Origin: the human T2T-CHM13v2.0 reference genome, Homo sapiens
DNA: 64,000 nt
Assembly: GCF_009914755.1 (NCBI RefSeq)
Contig: NC_060941.1
Reading direction: 5' to 3' (one strand)
Position numbers and translations under genes: made by a program. Every line of letters starts with the position of its first letter. Position 1 is the stretch's first letter. Under the pieces are notes generated by a model, which did not search any database, was not told the DNA's origin, and worked only from the letters and a program-made list of their open reading frames with translations. Of this stretch, positions 39,801 through 54,800 are shown piece by piece.

Positions 39801-42800
39801 GAGTTGAACACTCCTTTTGAGAGCGCAGTTTTGAAACTCTCTTTCTGTGGCATCTGCAAGGGGACATGTAGACCTCTTTGAAGATTTCGTTGGAAACGGA
39901 ATCATCTTCACATAAAAACTACACAGATGCATTCTCAGGAACTTTTTGGTGATGTTTGTATTCAACTCCCAGAGTTGAACTTTCCTTTGGAAAGAGCAGC
40001 TATGAAACACTGTTTTTCTAGAATCTGCAAGTGGACGTTTGGAGGGCTTTGTGGTTTGTGGTGGAAAAGGAAATATCTTCACCTAAATACTAGATAGAAG
40101 CATTCTCAGAAACTGCTTTGTGATGATTGCATTCACCTCACAGAGTTGAACATTCCTATTGATAGAGCAGTTTGGAAACACTCTTGTTGTGGAATGTGCA
40201 AGTGGAGATTTGGAGCGCTTTGAGGCCTATGGTAGTAAAGGGAATAGCTTCATAGAAAAACTAGACAGAAGCATTCTCAGAAAATACTTCGTGATGATTG
40301 AGTTTAACTCACAGAGCTGAACATTCCTTTGGATGGAGCAGGTTTGAGACACACTTTTTGTAGAATCTACAAGTGGATATTTGGACCTCTCTGAGGATTT
40401 CGTTGGAAACGGGATAACTGCACCTAACTAAACGGAAGCATTCTCAGAAACTTCTTGGTGATGTTTGCATTCAAATCCCAGAGTTGAACCTTCCTTTGAT
40501 AGTTCAGGTTTGAAACACTCTTTTTGTAGGATCTGCAAGTGGATATTTGGACCACTCTGTGGCCTTCGTTCGAAACGGGTATATCTTCGCATAAAATCTA
40601 GACAGAAGCCTTCTCAGAAACTTCTCTGTGATGATTGCATTCAACTCACAGAGTTGAACCCTCCTATGGATAGAGCAGTGTTGAAACTCTCTTTTTGTGG
40701 AATCTGCAAGTGGATACGTGGACCTCTCCGAAGATGTCTTTGGAAACGGGAATATCTTCACATAAAAACTAAACAGAAGCATTCTCAGAAACTTCTCTGT
40801 GATGTTTGTGTTCAACTCCCAGAGTTTCACATTGCTTTTCATAGAGTAGTTCTGAAACATGCTTTTCGTAGTGTCTACAAGTGGACATTTGGAGCGCTTT
40901 CAGGCCTGTGGTGGAAAACGAATTATGGTCACATAAAAACTGGAGAGAAGCATTGTCAGAAACTTCTTTGTGATGATTGCATTCAACTCACAGAGTTGAA
41001 GGTTCCTTTTCAAAGAGCAGTTTCCAATCACTCTTTCTGTGGAATCTGCAAGTGGATATTTGGACCTATTTTGAAGATTTCGTTGGAAACGGGAGAATCT
41101 TCACAGGAAAGCTAAACAGAAGCATTCTCAGAAACTTCTTTGTGATGCTTGCATTCAACTCACAGAGTTGAACTTTCCTTTCGAGAGAGAAGCTTTGAAA
41201 CACTCTTTTTCCAGAATCTGCAAGTGGACATTTGGAGGGCTTTGAGGCCTGTGGTGGAAAAGGAATTATCTTCCCGTAAAAGCTAGATAGAAGCATTCTC
41301 AGAAACTACTTTGTGATGTTTGCATTCAAGTCACAGAGTTGAACATTCCCTTTGACAGAGCAGTTTGGAAACTCTCTTTGTGTAGAATCTGCAAGTGGAG
41401 ATATGGACCGCTTTGAGACCTATGGTAGTAAAGGAAATAGCTTCATATAAAAGCTAGACAGTAGCATTCACAGAAAACTCTTGGTGACGACTGAGTTTAA
41501 CTCACAGAGCTGAACATTCCTTTGGATGGAGCAGTTTCGAAACACACTATTTGTAGAATGTGCAAGTGGATATTTAGGCCTCTCTGAGGATTTCGTTGGA
41601 AACGGGATAAACCGCACAGAACTAAACAGAAGCATTCTCAGAACCTTCTTCGTGATGTTTGCATTCAACTCACAGTGTTGAACCTTTCTTTGATAGTTCA
41701 GGTTTGAAACGGTCTTTCTGTAGAAACTGCAAGTAGATATTTGGACCGCTCTGAGGATTTCGTTGGAAACGGGATAACCCGCACAGAACTAAAACAGAAG
41801 CATTCTCAGAACCCTCTTCGTGATGTTTGCATTCAACTCACAGTGCTGAACCTTTCTTTGATAGTTCAGCTTTGAAACACTCTTTTTGTAGAAACTGCAA
41901 GTGGATATTTGGTCCTCTCTGAGGAATTCGTTGGAAACGGGATAAACTGCACAGAACTAAACAGAAGCATTCTCAGAACCTTCTTCGTGATGTCTGCATT
42001 CAACTCACAGTGTGGAACCTTTCTTTGATAGTTCAGGTTTGAAACACTCTTTTTGTAGAAACTGCAAGGGGATAATTGCACTCTTTGAGGAGTACCGTAG
42101 TAAAGGAAATAACTTCCTATAAAAAGAAGACAGAAGCTTTCTCAGAAAATTCTTTGGGATGATTGAGTTGAACTCACAGAGCTGAGCATTCCTTGCGATG
42201 TAGCAGTTTAGAAACACACTTTCTGCAGAATCTGCAAGTGCATATTTGGACCTCTGTGAGGAATTCGTTGGAAACGGGATAATTTCAGCTGACTAAACAG
42301 AAGCAGTCTCAGAATCTTCTTTGTGATGTTTGCATTCAAATCCCCGAGTTGAACTTTCCTTTCAAAGTTCACGTTTGAAACACTCTTTTTGCAGGATCTA
42401 CAAGTGGATATTTGGACCACTCTGTGTCCTTCGATCGAAACGGGTATATCTTCACATGACATCTAGACAGAAGCATCCTCAGAAGCTTCTCTGTGATGAC
42501 TGCATTCAACTCACGGAGTTGAACACTCCTTTTGAGAGCGCAGTTTTGAAACTCTCTTTCTGTGGCATCTGCAAGGGGACATGTAGACCTCTTTGAAGAT
42601 TTCGTTGGAAACGGAATCATCTTCACATAAAAACTACACAGATGCATTCTCAGGAACTTTTTGGTGATGTTTGTATTCAACTCCCAGAGTTGAACTTTCC
42701 TTTGGAAAGAGCAGCTATGAAACACTGTTTTTCTAGAATCTGCAAGTGGACGTTTGGAGGGCTTTGTGGTTTGTGGTGGAAAAGGAAATATCTTCACCTA

Positions 42801-45800
42801 AATACTAGATAGAAGCATTCTCAGAAACTGCTTTGTGATGATTGCATTCACCTCACAGAGTTGAACATTCCTATTGATAGAGCAGTTTGGAAACACTCTT
42901 GTTGTGGAATGTGCAAGTGGAGATTTGGAGCGCTTTGAGGCCTATGGTAGTAAAGGGAATAGCTTCATAGAAAAACTAGACAGAAGCATTCTCAGAAAAT
43001 ACTTTGTGATGATTGAGTTTAACTCACAGAGCTGAACATTCCTTTGGATGGAGCAGGTTTGAGACACACTTTTTGTAGAATCTACAAGTGGATATTTGGA
43101 CCTCTCTGAGGATTTCGTTGGAAACGGGATAACTGCACCTAACTAAACGGAAGCATTCTCAGAAACTTCTTGGTGATGTTTGCATTCAAATCCCAGAGTT
43201 GAACCTTCCTTTGATAGTTCAGGTTTGAAACACTCTTTTTGTAGGATCTGCAAGTGGATATTTGGACCACTCTGTGGCCTTCGTTCGAAACGGGTATATC
43301 TTCGCATAAAATCTAGACAGAAGCCTTCTCAGAAACTTCTCTGTGATGATTGCATTCAACTCACAGAGTTGAACCCTCCTATGGATAGAGCAGTGTTGAA
43401 ACTCTCTTTTTGTGGAATCTGCAAGTGGATACGTGGACCTCTCCGAAGATGTCTTTGGAAACGGGAATATCTTCACATAAAAACTAAACAGAAGCATTCT
43501 CAGAAACTTCTCTGTGATGTTTGTGTTCAACTCCCAGAGTTTCACATTGCTTTTCATAGAGTAGTTCTGAAACATGCTTTTCGTAGTGTCTACAAGTGGA
43601 CATTTGGAGCGCTTTCAGGCCTGTGGTGGAAAACGAATTATGGTCACATAAAAACTGGAGAGAAGCATTGTCAGAAACTTCTTTGTGATGATTGCATTCA
43701 ACTCACAGAGTTGAAGGTTCCTTTTCAAAGAGCAGTTTCCAATCACTCTTTCTGTGGAATCTGCAAGTGGATATTTGGACCTATTTTGAAGATTTCGTTG
43801 GAAACGGGAGAATCTTCACAGGAAAGCTAAACAGAAGCATTCTCAGAAACTTCTTTGTGATGCTTGCATTCAACTCACAGAGTTGAACTTTCCTTTCGAG
43901 AGAGAAGCTTTGAAACACTCTTTTTCCAGAATCTGCAAGTGGACATTTGGAGGGCTTTGAGGCCTGTGGTGGAAAAGGAATTATCTTCCCGTAAAAGCTA
44001 GATAGAAGCATTCTCAGAAACTACTTTGTGATGATTGCATTCAAGTCACAGAGTTGAACATTCCCTTTGACAGAGCAGTTTGGAAACTCTCTTTGTGTAG
44101 AATCTGCAAGTGGAGATATGGACCGCTTTGAGGCCTATGGTAGTAAAGGAAATAGCTTCATATAAAAGCTAGACAGTAGCATTCACAGAAAACTCTTGGT
44201 GACGACTGAGTTTAACTCACAGAGCTGAACATTCCTTTGGATGGAGCAGTTTCGAAACACACTATTTGTAGAATGTGCAAGTGGATATTTAGGCCTCTCT
44301 GAGGATTTCGTTGGAAACGGGATAAACCGCACAGAACTAAACAGAAGCATTCTCAGAACCTTCTTCGTGATGTTTGCATTCAACTCACAGTGTTGAACCT
44401 TTCTTTGATAGTTCAGGTTTGAAACGGTCTTTCTGCAGAAACTGCAAGTAGATATTTGGACTGCTCTGAGGATTTCGTTGGAAACGGGATAACCCGCACA
44501 GAACTAAAACAGAAGCATTCTCAGAACCCTCTTCGTGATGTTTGCATTCAACTCACAGTGCTGAACCTTTCTTTGATAGTTCAGCTTTGAAACACTCTTT
44601 TTGTAGAAACTGCAAGTGGATATTTGGTCCTCTCTGAGGAATTCGTTGGAAACGGGATAAACTGCACAGAACTAAACAGAAGCATTCTCAGAACCTTCTT
44701 CGTGATGTCTGCATTCAACTCACAGTGTGGAACCTTTCTTTGATAGTTCAGGTTTGAAACACTCTTTTTGTAGAAACTGCAAGGGGATAATTGCACTCTT
44801 TGAGGAGTACCGTAGTAAAGGAAATAACTTCCTATAAAAAGAAGACAGAAGCTTTCTCAGAAAATTCTTTGGGATGATTGAGTTGAACTCACAGAGCTGA
44901 GCATTCCTTGCGATGTAGCAGTTTAGAAACACACTTTCTGCAGAATCTGCAAGTGCATATTTGGACCTCTGTGAGGAATTCGTTGGAAACGGGATAATTT
45001 CAGCTGACTAAACAGAAGCAGTCTCAGAATCTTCTTTGTGATGTTTGCATTCAAATCCCCGAGTTGAACTTTCCTTTCAAAGTTCACGTTTGAAACACTC
45101 TTTTTGCAGGATCTACAAGTGGATATTTGGACCACTCTGTGTCCTTCGATCGAAACGGGTGTATCTTCACATGACATCTAGACAGAAGCATCCTCAGAAG
45201 CTTCTCTGTGATGACTGCATTCAACTCACGGAGTTGAACACTCCTTTTGAGAGCGCAGTTTTGAAACTCTCTTTCTGTGGCATCTGCAAGGGGACATGTA
45301 GACCTCTTTGAAGATTTCGTTGGAAACGGAATCATCTTCACATAAAAACTACACAGATGCATTCTCAGGAACTTTTTGGTGATGTTTGTATTCAACTCCC
45401 AGAGTTGAACTTTCCTTTGGAAAGAGCAGCTATGAAACACTGTTTTTCTAGAATCTGCAAGTGGACGTTTGGAGGGCTTTGTGGTTTGTGGTGGAAAAGG
45501 AAATATCTTCACCTAAATACTAGATAGAAGCATTCTCAGAAACTGCTTTGTGATGATTGCATTCACCTCACAGAGTTGAACATTCCTATTGATAGAGCAG
45601 TTTGGAAACACTCTTGTTGTGGAATGTGCAAGTGGAGATTTGGAGCGCTTTGAGGCCTATGGTAGTAAAGGGAATAGCTTCATAGAAAAACTAGACAGAA
45701 GCATTCTCAGAAAATACTTTGTGATGATTGAGTTTAACTCACAGAGCTGAACATTCCTTTGGATGGAGCAGGTTTGAGACACACTTTTTGTAGAATCTAC

Positions 45801-48800
45801 AAGTGGATATTTGGACCTCTCTGAGGATTTCGTTGGAAACGGGATAACTGCACCTAACTAAACGGAAGCATTCTCAGAAACTTCTTGGTGATGTTTGCAT
45901 TCAAATCCCAGAGTTGAACCTTCCTTTGATAGTTCAGGTTTGAAACACTCTTTTTGTAGGATCTGCAAGTGGATATTTGGACCACTCTGTGGCCTTCGTT
46001 CGAAACGGGTATATCTTCGCATAAAATCTAGACAGAAGCCTTCTCAGAAACTTCTCTGTGATGATTGCATTCAACTCACAGAGTTGAACCCTCCTATGGA
46101 TAGAGCAGTGTTGAAACTCTCTTTTTGTGGAATCTGCAAGTGGATACGTGGACCTCTCCGAAGATGTCTTTGGAAACGGGAATATCTTCACATAAAAACT
46201 AAACAGAAGCATTCTCAGAAACTTCTCTGTGATGTTTGTGTTCAACTCCCAGAGTTTCACATTGCTTTTCATAGAGTAGTTCTGAAACATGCTTTTCGTA
46301 GTGTCTACAAGTGGACATTTGGAGCGCTTTCAGGCCTGTGGTGGAAAACGAATTATGGTCACATAAAAACTGGAGAGAAGCATTGTCAGAAACTTCTTTG
46401 TGATGATTGCATTCAACTCACAGAGTTGAAGGTTCCTTTTCAAAGAGCAGTTTCCAATCACTCTTTCTGTGGAATCTGCAAGTGGATATTTGGACCTATT
46501 TTGAAGATTTCGTTGGAAACGGGAGAATCTTCACAGGAAAGCTAAACAGAAGCATTCTCAGAAACTTCTTTGTGATGCTTGCATTCAACTCACAGAGTTG
46601 AACTTTCCTTTCGAGAGAGAAGCTTTGAAACACTCTTTTTCCAGAATCTGCAAGTGGACATTTGGAGGGCTTTGAGGCCTGTGGTGGAAAAGGAATTATC
46701 TTCCCGTAAAAGCTAGATAGAAGCATTCTCAGAAACTACTTTGTGATGATTGCATTCAAGTCACAGAGTTGAACATTCCCTTTGACAGAGCAGTTTGGAA
46801 ACTCTCTTTGTGTAGAATCTGCAAGTGGAGATATGGACCGCTTTGAGGCCTATGGTAGTAAAGGAAATAGCTTCATATAAAAGCTAGACAGTAGCATTCA
46901 CAGAAAACTCTTGGTGACGACTGAGTTTAACTCACAGAGCTGAACATTCCTTTGGATGGAGCAGTTTCGAAACACACTATTTGTAGAATGTGCAAGTGGA
47001 TATTTAGGCCTCTCTGAGGATTTCGTTGGAAACGGGATAAACCGCACAGAACTAAACAGAAGCATTCTCAGAACCTTCTTCGTGATGTTTGCATTCAACT
47101 CACAGTGTTGAACCATTCTTTGATAGTTCAGGTTTGAAACGGTCTTTCTGTAGAAACTGCAAGTAGATATTTGGACCGCTCTGAGGATTTCGTTGGAAAC
47201 GGGATAACCCGCACAGAACTAAAACAGAAGCATTCTCAGAACCCTCTTCGTGATGTTTGCATTCAACTCACAGTGCTGAACCTTTCTTTGATAGTTCAGC
47301 TTTGAAACACTCTTTTTGTAGAAACTGCAAGTGGATATTTGGTCCTCTCTGAGGAATTCGTTGGAAACGGGATAAACTGCACAGAACTAAACAGAAGCAT
47401 TCTCAGAACCTTCTTCGTGATGTCTGCATTCAACTCACAGTGTGGAACCTTTCTTTGATAGTTCAGGTTTGAAACACTCTTTTTGTAGAAACTGCAAGGG
47501 GATAATTGCACTCTTTGAGGAGTACCGTAGTAAAGGAAATAACTTCCTATAAAAAGAAGACAGAAGCTTTCTCAGAAAATTCTTTGGGATGATTGAGTTG
47601 AACTCACAGAGCTGAGCATTCCTTGCGATGTAGCAGTTTAGAAACACACTTTCTGCAGAATCTGCAAGTGCATATTTGGACCTCTGTGAGGAATTCGTTG
47701 GAAACGGGATAATTTCAGCTGACTAAACAGAAGCAGTCTCAGAATCTTCTTTGTGATGTTTGCATTCAAATCCCCGAGTTGAACTTTCCTTTCAAAGTTC
47801 ACGTTTGAAACACTCTTTATGCAGGATCTACAAGTGGATATTTGGACCACTCTGTGTCCTTCGATCGAAACGGGTATATCTTCACATGACATCTAGACAG
47901 AAGCATCCTCAGAAGCTTCTCTGTGATGACTGCATTCAACTCACGGAGTTGAACACTCCTTTTGAGAGCGCAGTTTTGAAACTCTCTTTCTGTGGCATCT
48001 GCAAGGGGACATGTAGACCTCTTTGAAGATTTCGTTGGAAACGGAATCATCTTCACATAAAAACTACACAGATGCATTCTCAGGAACTTTTTGGTGATGT
48101 TTGTATTCAACTCCCAGAGTTGAACTTTCCTTTGGAAAGAGCAGCTATGAAACACTGTTTTTCTAGAATCTGCAAGTGGACGTTTGGAGGGCTTTGTGGT
48201 TTGTGGTGGAAAAGGAAATATCTTCACCTAAATACTAGATAGAAGCATTCTCAGAAACTGCTTTGTGATGATTGCATTCACCTCACAGAGTTGAACATTC
48301 CTATTGATAGAGCAGTTTGGAAACACTCTTGTTGTGGAATGTGCAAGTGGAGATTTGGAGCGCTTTGAGGCCTATGGTAGTAAAGGGAATAGCTTCATAG
48401 AAAAACTAGACAGAAGCATTCTCAGAAAATACTTTGTGATGATTGAGTTTAACTCACAGAGCTGAACATTCCTTTGGATGGAGCAGGTTTGAGACACACT
48501 TTTTGTAGAATCTACAAGTGGATATTTGGACCTCTCTGAGGATTTCGTTGGAAACGGGATAACTGCACCTAACTAAACGGAAGCATTCTCAGAAACTTCT
48601 TGGTGATGTTTGCATTCAAATCCCAGAGTTGAACCTTCCTTTGATAGTTCAGGTTTGAAACACTCTTTTTGTAGGATCTGCAAGTGGATATTTGGACCAC
48701 TCTGTGGCCTTCGTTCGAAACGGGTATATCTTCGCATAAAATCTAGACAGAAGCCTTCTCAGAAACTTCTCTGTGATGATTGCATTCAACTCACAGAGTT

Positions 48801-51800
48801 GAACCCTCCTATGGATAGAGCAGTGTTGAAACTCTCTTTTTGTGGAATCTGCAAGTGGATACGTGGACCTCTCCGAAGATGTCTTTGGAAACGGGAATAT
48901 CTTCACATAAAAACTAAACAGAAGCATTCTCAGAAACTTCTCTGTGATGTTTGTGTTCAACTCCCAGAGTTTCACATTGCTTTTCATAGAGTAGTTCTGA
49001 AACATGCTTTTCGTAGTGTCTACAAGTGGACATTTGGAGCGCTTTCAGGCCTGTGGTGGAAAACGAATTATGGTCACATAAAAACTGGAGAGAAGCATTG
49101 TCAGAAACTTCTTTGTGATGATTGCATTCAACTCACAGAGTTGAAGGTTCCTTTTCAAAGAGCAGTTTCCAATCACTCTTTCTGTGGAATCTGCAAGTGG
49201 ATATTTGGACCTATTTTGAAGATTTCGTTGGAAACGGGAGAATCTTCACAGGAAAGCTAAACAGAAGCATTCTCAGAAACTTCTTTGTGATGCTTGCATT
49301 CAACTCACAGAGTTGAACTTTCCTTTCGAGAGAGAAGCTTTGAAACACTCTTTTTCCAGAATCTGCAAGTGGACATTTGGAGGGCTTTGAGGCCTGTGGT
49401 GGAAAAGGAATTATCTTCCCGTAAAAGCTAGATAGAAGCATTCTCAGAAACTACTTTGTGATGATTGCATTCAAGTCACAGAGTTGAACATTCCCTTTGA
49501 CAGAGCAGTTTGGAAACTCTCTTTGTGTAGAATCTGCAAGTGGAGATATGGACCGCTTTGAGGCCTATGGTAGTAAAGGAAATAGCTTCATATAAAAGCT
49601 AGACAGTAGCATTCACAGAAAACTCTTGGTGACGACTGAGTTTAACTCACAGAGCTGAACATTCCTTTGGATGGAGCAGTTTCGAAACACACTATTTGTA
49701 GAATGTGCAAGTGGATATTTAGGCCTCTCTGAGGATTTCGTTGGAAACGGGATAAACCGCACAGAACTAAACAGAAGCATTCTCAGAACCTTCTTCGTGA
49801 TGTTTGCATTCAACTCACAGTGTTGAACCTTTCTTTGATAGTTCAGGTTTGAAACGGTCTTTCTGCAGAAACTGCAAGTAGATATTTGGACCTCTCTGAG
49901 GATTTCGTTGGAAACGGGATAACCCGCACAGAACTAAAACAGAAGCATTCTCAGAACCCTCTTCGTGATGTTTGCATTCAACTCACAGTGCTGAACCTTT
50001 CTTTGATAGTTCAGCTTTGAAACACTCTTTTTGTAGAAACTGCAAGTGGATATTTGGTCCTCTCTGAGGAATTCGTTGGAAACGGGATAAACTGCACAGA
50101 ACTAAACAGAAGCATTCTCAGAACCTTCTTCGTGATGTCTGCATTCAACTCACAGTGTGGAACCTTTCTTTGATAGTTCAGGTTTGAAACACTCTTTTTG
50201 TAGAAACTGCAAGGGGATAATTGCACTCTTTGAGGAGTACCGTAGTAAAGGAAATAACTTCCTATAAAAAGAAGACAGAAGCTTTCTCAGAAAATTCTTT
50301 GGGATGATTGAGTTGAACTCACAGAGCTGAGCATTCCTTGCGATGTAGCAGTTTAGAAACACACTTTCTGCAGAATCTGCAAGTGCATATTTGGACCTCT
50401 TTGAGGAATTCGTTGGAAACGGGATAATTTCAGCTGACTAAACAGAAGCAGTCTCAGAATCTTCTTTGTGATGTTTGCATTCAAATCCCCGAGTTGAACT
50501 TTCCTTTCAAAGTTCACGTTTGAAACACTCTTTTTGCAGGATCTACAAGTGGATATTTGGACCACTCTGTGTCCTTCGATCGAAACGGGTATATCTTCAC
50601 ATGACATCTAGACAGAAGCATCCTCAGAAGCTTCTCTGTGATGACTGCATTCAACTCACGGAGTTGAACACTCCTTTTGAGAGCGCAGTTTTGAAACTCT
50701 CTTTCTGTGGCATCTGCAAGGGGACATGTAGACCTCTTTGAAGATTTCGTTGGAAACGGAATCATCTTCACATAAAAACTACACAGATGCATTCTCAGGA
50801 ACTTTTTGGTGATGTTTGTATTCAACTCCCAGAGTTGAACTTTCCTTTGGAAAGAGCAGCTATGAAACACTGTTTTTCTATAATCTGCAAGTGGACGTTT
50901 GGAGGGCTTTGTGGTTTGTGGTGGAAAAGGAAATATCTTCACCTAAATACTAGATAGAAGCATTCTCAGAAACTGCTTTGTGATGATTGCATTCACCTCA
51001 CAGAGTTGAACATTCCTATTGATAGAGCAGTTTGGAAACACTCTTGTTGTGGAATGTGCAAGTGGAGATTTGGAGCGCTTTGAGGCCTATGGTAGTAAAG
51101 GGAATAGCTTCATAGAAAAACTAGACAGAAGCATTCTCAGAAAATACTTTGTGATGATTGAGTTTAACTCACAGAGCTGAACATTCCTTTGGATGGAGCA
51201 GGTTTGAGACACACTTTTTGTAGAATCTACAAGTGGATATTTGGACCTCTCTGAGGATTTCGTTGGAAACGGGATAACTGCACCTAACTAAACGGAAGCA
51301 TTCTCAGAAACTTCTTGGTGATGTTTGCATTCAAATCCCAGAGTTGAACCTTCCTTTGATAGTTCAGGTTTGAAACACTCTTTTTGTAGGATCTGCAAGT
51401 GGATATTTGGACCACTCTGTGGCCTTCGTTCGAAACGGGTATATCTTCGCATAAAATCTAGACAGAAGCCTTCTCAGAAACTTCTCTGTGATGATTGCAT
51501 TCAACTCACAGAGTTGAACCCTCCTATGGATAGAGCAGTGTTGAAACTCTCTTTTTGTGGAATCTGCAAGTGGATACGTGGACCTCTCCGAAGATGTCTT
51601 TGGAAACGGGAATATCTTCACATAAAAACTAAACAGAAGCATTCTCAGAAACTTCTCTGTGATGTTTGTGTTCAACTCCCAGAGTTTCACATTGCTTTTC
51701 ATAGAGTAGTTCTGAAACATGCTTTTCGTAGTGTCTACAAGTGGACATTTGGAGCGCTTTCAGGCCTGTGGTGGAAAACGAATTATGGTCACATAAAAAC

Positions 51801-54800
51801 TGGAGAGAAGCATTGTCAGAAACTTCTTTGTGATGATTGCATTCAACTCACAGAGTTGAAGGTTCCTTTTCAAAGAGCAGTTTCCAATCACTCTTTGTGT
51901 GGAATCTGCAAGTGGATATTTGGACCTATTTTGAAGATTTCGTTGGAAACGGGAGAATCTTCACAGGAAAGCTAAACAGAAGCATTCTCAGAAACTTCTT
52001 TGTGATGCTTGCATTCAACTCACAGAGTTGAACTTTCCTTTCGAGAGAGAAGCTTTGAAACACTCTTTTTCCAGAATCTGCAAGTGGACATTTGGAGGGC
52101 TTTGAGGCCTGTGGTGGAAAAGGAATTATCTTCCCGTAAAAGCTAGATAGAAGCATTCTCAGAAACTACTTTGTGATGATTGCATTCAAGTCACAGAGTT
52201 GAACATTCCCTTTGACAGAGCAGTTTGGAAACTCTCTTTGTGTAGAATCTGCAAGTGGAGATATGGACCGCTTTGAGGCCTATGGTAGTAAAGGAAATAG
52301 CTTCATATAAAAGCTAGACAGTAGCATTCACAGAAAACTCTTGGTGACGACTGAGTTTAACTCACAGAGCTGAACATTCCTTTGGATGGAGCAGTTTCGA
52401 AACACACTATTTGTAGAATGTGCAAGTGGATATTTAGGCCTCTCTGAGGATTTCGTTGGAAACGGGATAAACCGCACAGAACTAAACAGAAGCATTCTCA
52501 GAACCTTCTTCGTGATGTTTGCATTCAACTCACAGTGTTGAACCTTTCTTTGATAGTTCAGGTTTGAAACGGTCTTTCTGTAGAAACTGCAAGTAGATAT
52601 TTGGACCTCTCTGAGGATTTCGTTGGAAACGGGATAACCCGCACAGAACTAAAACAGAAGCATTCTCAGAACCCTCTTCGTGATGTTTGCATTCAACTCA
52701 CAGTGCTGAACCTTTCTTTGATAGTTCAGCTTTGAAACACTCTTTTTGTAGAAACTGCAAGTGGATATTTGGTCCTCTCTGAGGAATTCGTTGGAAACGG
52801 GATAAACTGCACAGAACTAAACAGAAGCATTCTCAGAACCTTCTTCGTGATGTCTGCATTCAACTCACAGTGTGGAACCTTTCTTTGATAGTTCAGGTTT
52901 GAAACACTCTTTTTGTAGAAACTGCAAGGGGATAATTGCACTCTTTGAGGAGTACCGTAGTAAAGGAAATAACTTCCTATAAAAAGAAGACAGAAGCTTT
53001 CTCAGAAAATTCTTTGGGATGATTGAGTTGAACTCACAGAGCTGAGCATTCCTTGCGATGTAGCAGTTTAGAAACACACTTTCTGCAGAATCTGCAAGTG
53101 CATATTTGGACCTCTGTGAGGAATTCGTTGGAAACGGGATAATTTCAGCTGACTAAACAGAAGCAGTCTCAGAATCTTCTTTGTGATGTTTGCATTCAAA
53201 TCCCCGAGTTGAACTTTCCTTTCAAAGTTCACGTTTGAAACACTCTTTTTGCAGGATCTACAAGTGGATATTTGGACCACTCTGTGTCCTTCGATCGAAA
53301 CGGGTGTATCTTCACATGACATCTAGACAGAAGCATCCTCAGAAGCTTCTCTGTGATGACTGCATTCAACTCACGGAGTTGAACACTCCTTTTGAGAGCG
53401 CAGTTTTGAAACTCTCTTTCTGTGGCATCTGCAAGGGGACATGTAGACCTCTTTGAAGATTTCGTTGGAAACGGAATCATCTTCACATAAAAACTACACA
53501 GATGCATTCTCAGGAACTTTTTGGTGATGTTTGTATTCAACTCCCAGAGTTGAACTTTCCTTTGGAAAGAGCAGCTATGAAACACTGTTTTTCTAGAATC
53601 TGCAAGTGGACGTTTGGAGGGCTTTGTGGTTTGTGGTGGAAAAGGAAATATCTTCACCTAAATACTAGATAGAAGCATTCTCAGAAACTGCTTTGTGATG
53701 ATTGCATTCACCTCACAGAGTTGAACATTCCTATTGATAGAGCAGTTTGGAAACACTCTTGTTGTGGAATGTGCAAGTGGAGATTTGGAGCGCTTTGAGG
53801 CCTATGGTAGTAAAGGGAATAGCTTCATAGAAAAACTAGACAGAAGCATTCTCAGAAAATACTTTGTGATGATTGAGTTTAACTCACAGAGCTGAACATT
53901 CCTTTGGATGGAGCAGGTTTGAGACACACTTTTTGTAGAATCTACAAGTGGATATTTGGACCTCTCTGAGGATTTCGTTGGAAACGGGATAACTGCACCT
54001 AACTAAACGGAAGCATTCTCAGAAACTTCTTGGTGATGTTTGCATTCAAATCCCAGAGTTGAACCTTCCTTTGATAGTTCAGGTTTGAAACACTCTTTTT
54101 GTAGGATCTGCAAGTGGATATTTGGACCACTCTGTGGCCTTCGTTCGAAACGGGTATATCTTCGCATAAAATCTAGACAGAAGCCTTCTCAGAAACTTCT
54201 CTGTGATGATTGCATTCAACTCACAGAGTTGAACCCTCCTATGGATAGAGCAGTGTTGAAACTCTCTTTTTGTGGAATCTGCAAGTGGATACGTGGACCT
54301 CTCCGAAGATGTCTTTGGAAACGGGAATATCTTCACATAAAAACTAAACAGAAGCATTCTCAGAAACTTCTCTGTGATGTTTGTGTTCAACTCCCAGAGT
54401 TTCACATTGCTTTTCATAGAGTAGTTCTGAAACATGCTTTTCGTAGTGTCTACAAGTGGACATTTGGAGCGCTTTCAGGCCTGTGGTGGAAAACGAATTA
54501 TGGTCACATAAAAACTGGAGAGAAGCATTGTCAGAAACTTCTTTGTGATGATTGCATTCAACTCACAGAGTTGAAGGTTCCTTTTCAAAGAGCAGTTTCC
54601 AATCACTCTTTGTGTGGAATCTGCAAGTGGATATTTGGACCTATTTTGAAGATTTCGTTGGAAACGGGAGAATCTTCACAGGAAAGCTAAACAGAAGCAT
54701 TCTCAGAAACTTCTTTGTGATGCTTGCATTCAACTCACAGAGTTGAACTTTCCTTTCGAGAGAGAAGCTTTGAAACACTCTTTTTCCAGAATCTGCAAGT

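Noticed and set aside
30642-47819. Singleton SNVs (30642, 33929, 41319, 47115, 47819)
   Set aside because: They are isolated substitutions with no pattern and are indistinguishable from private mutations or consensus errors.
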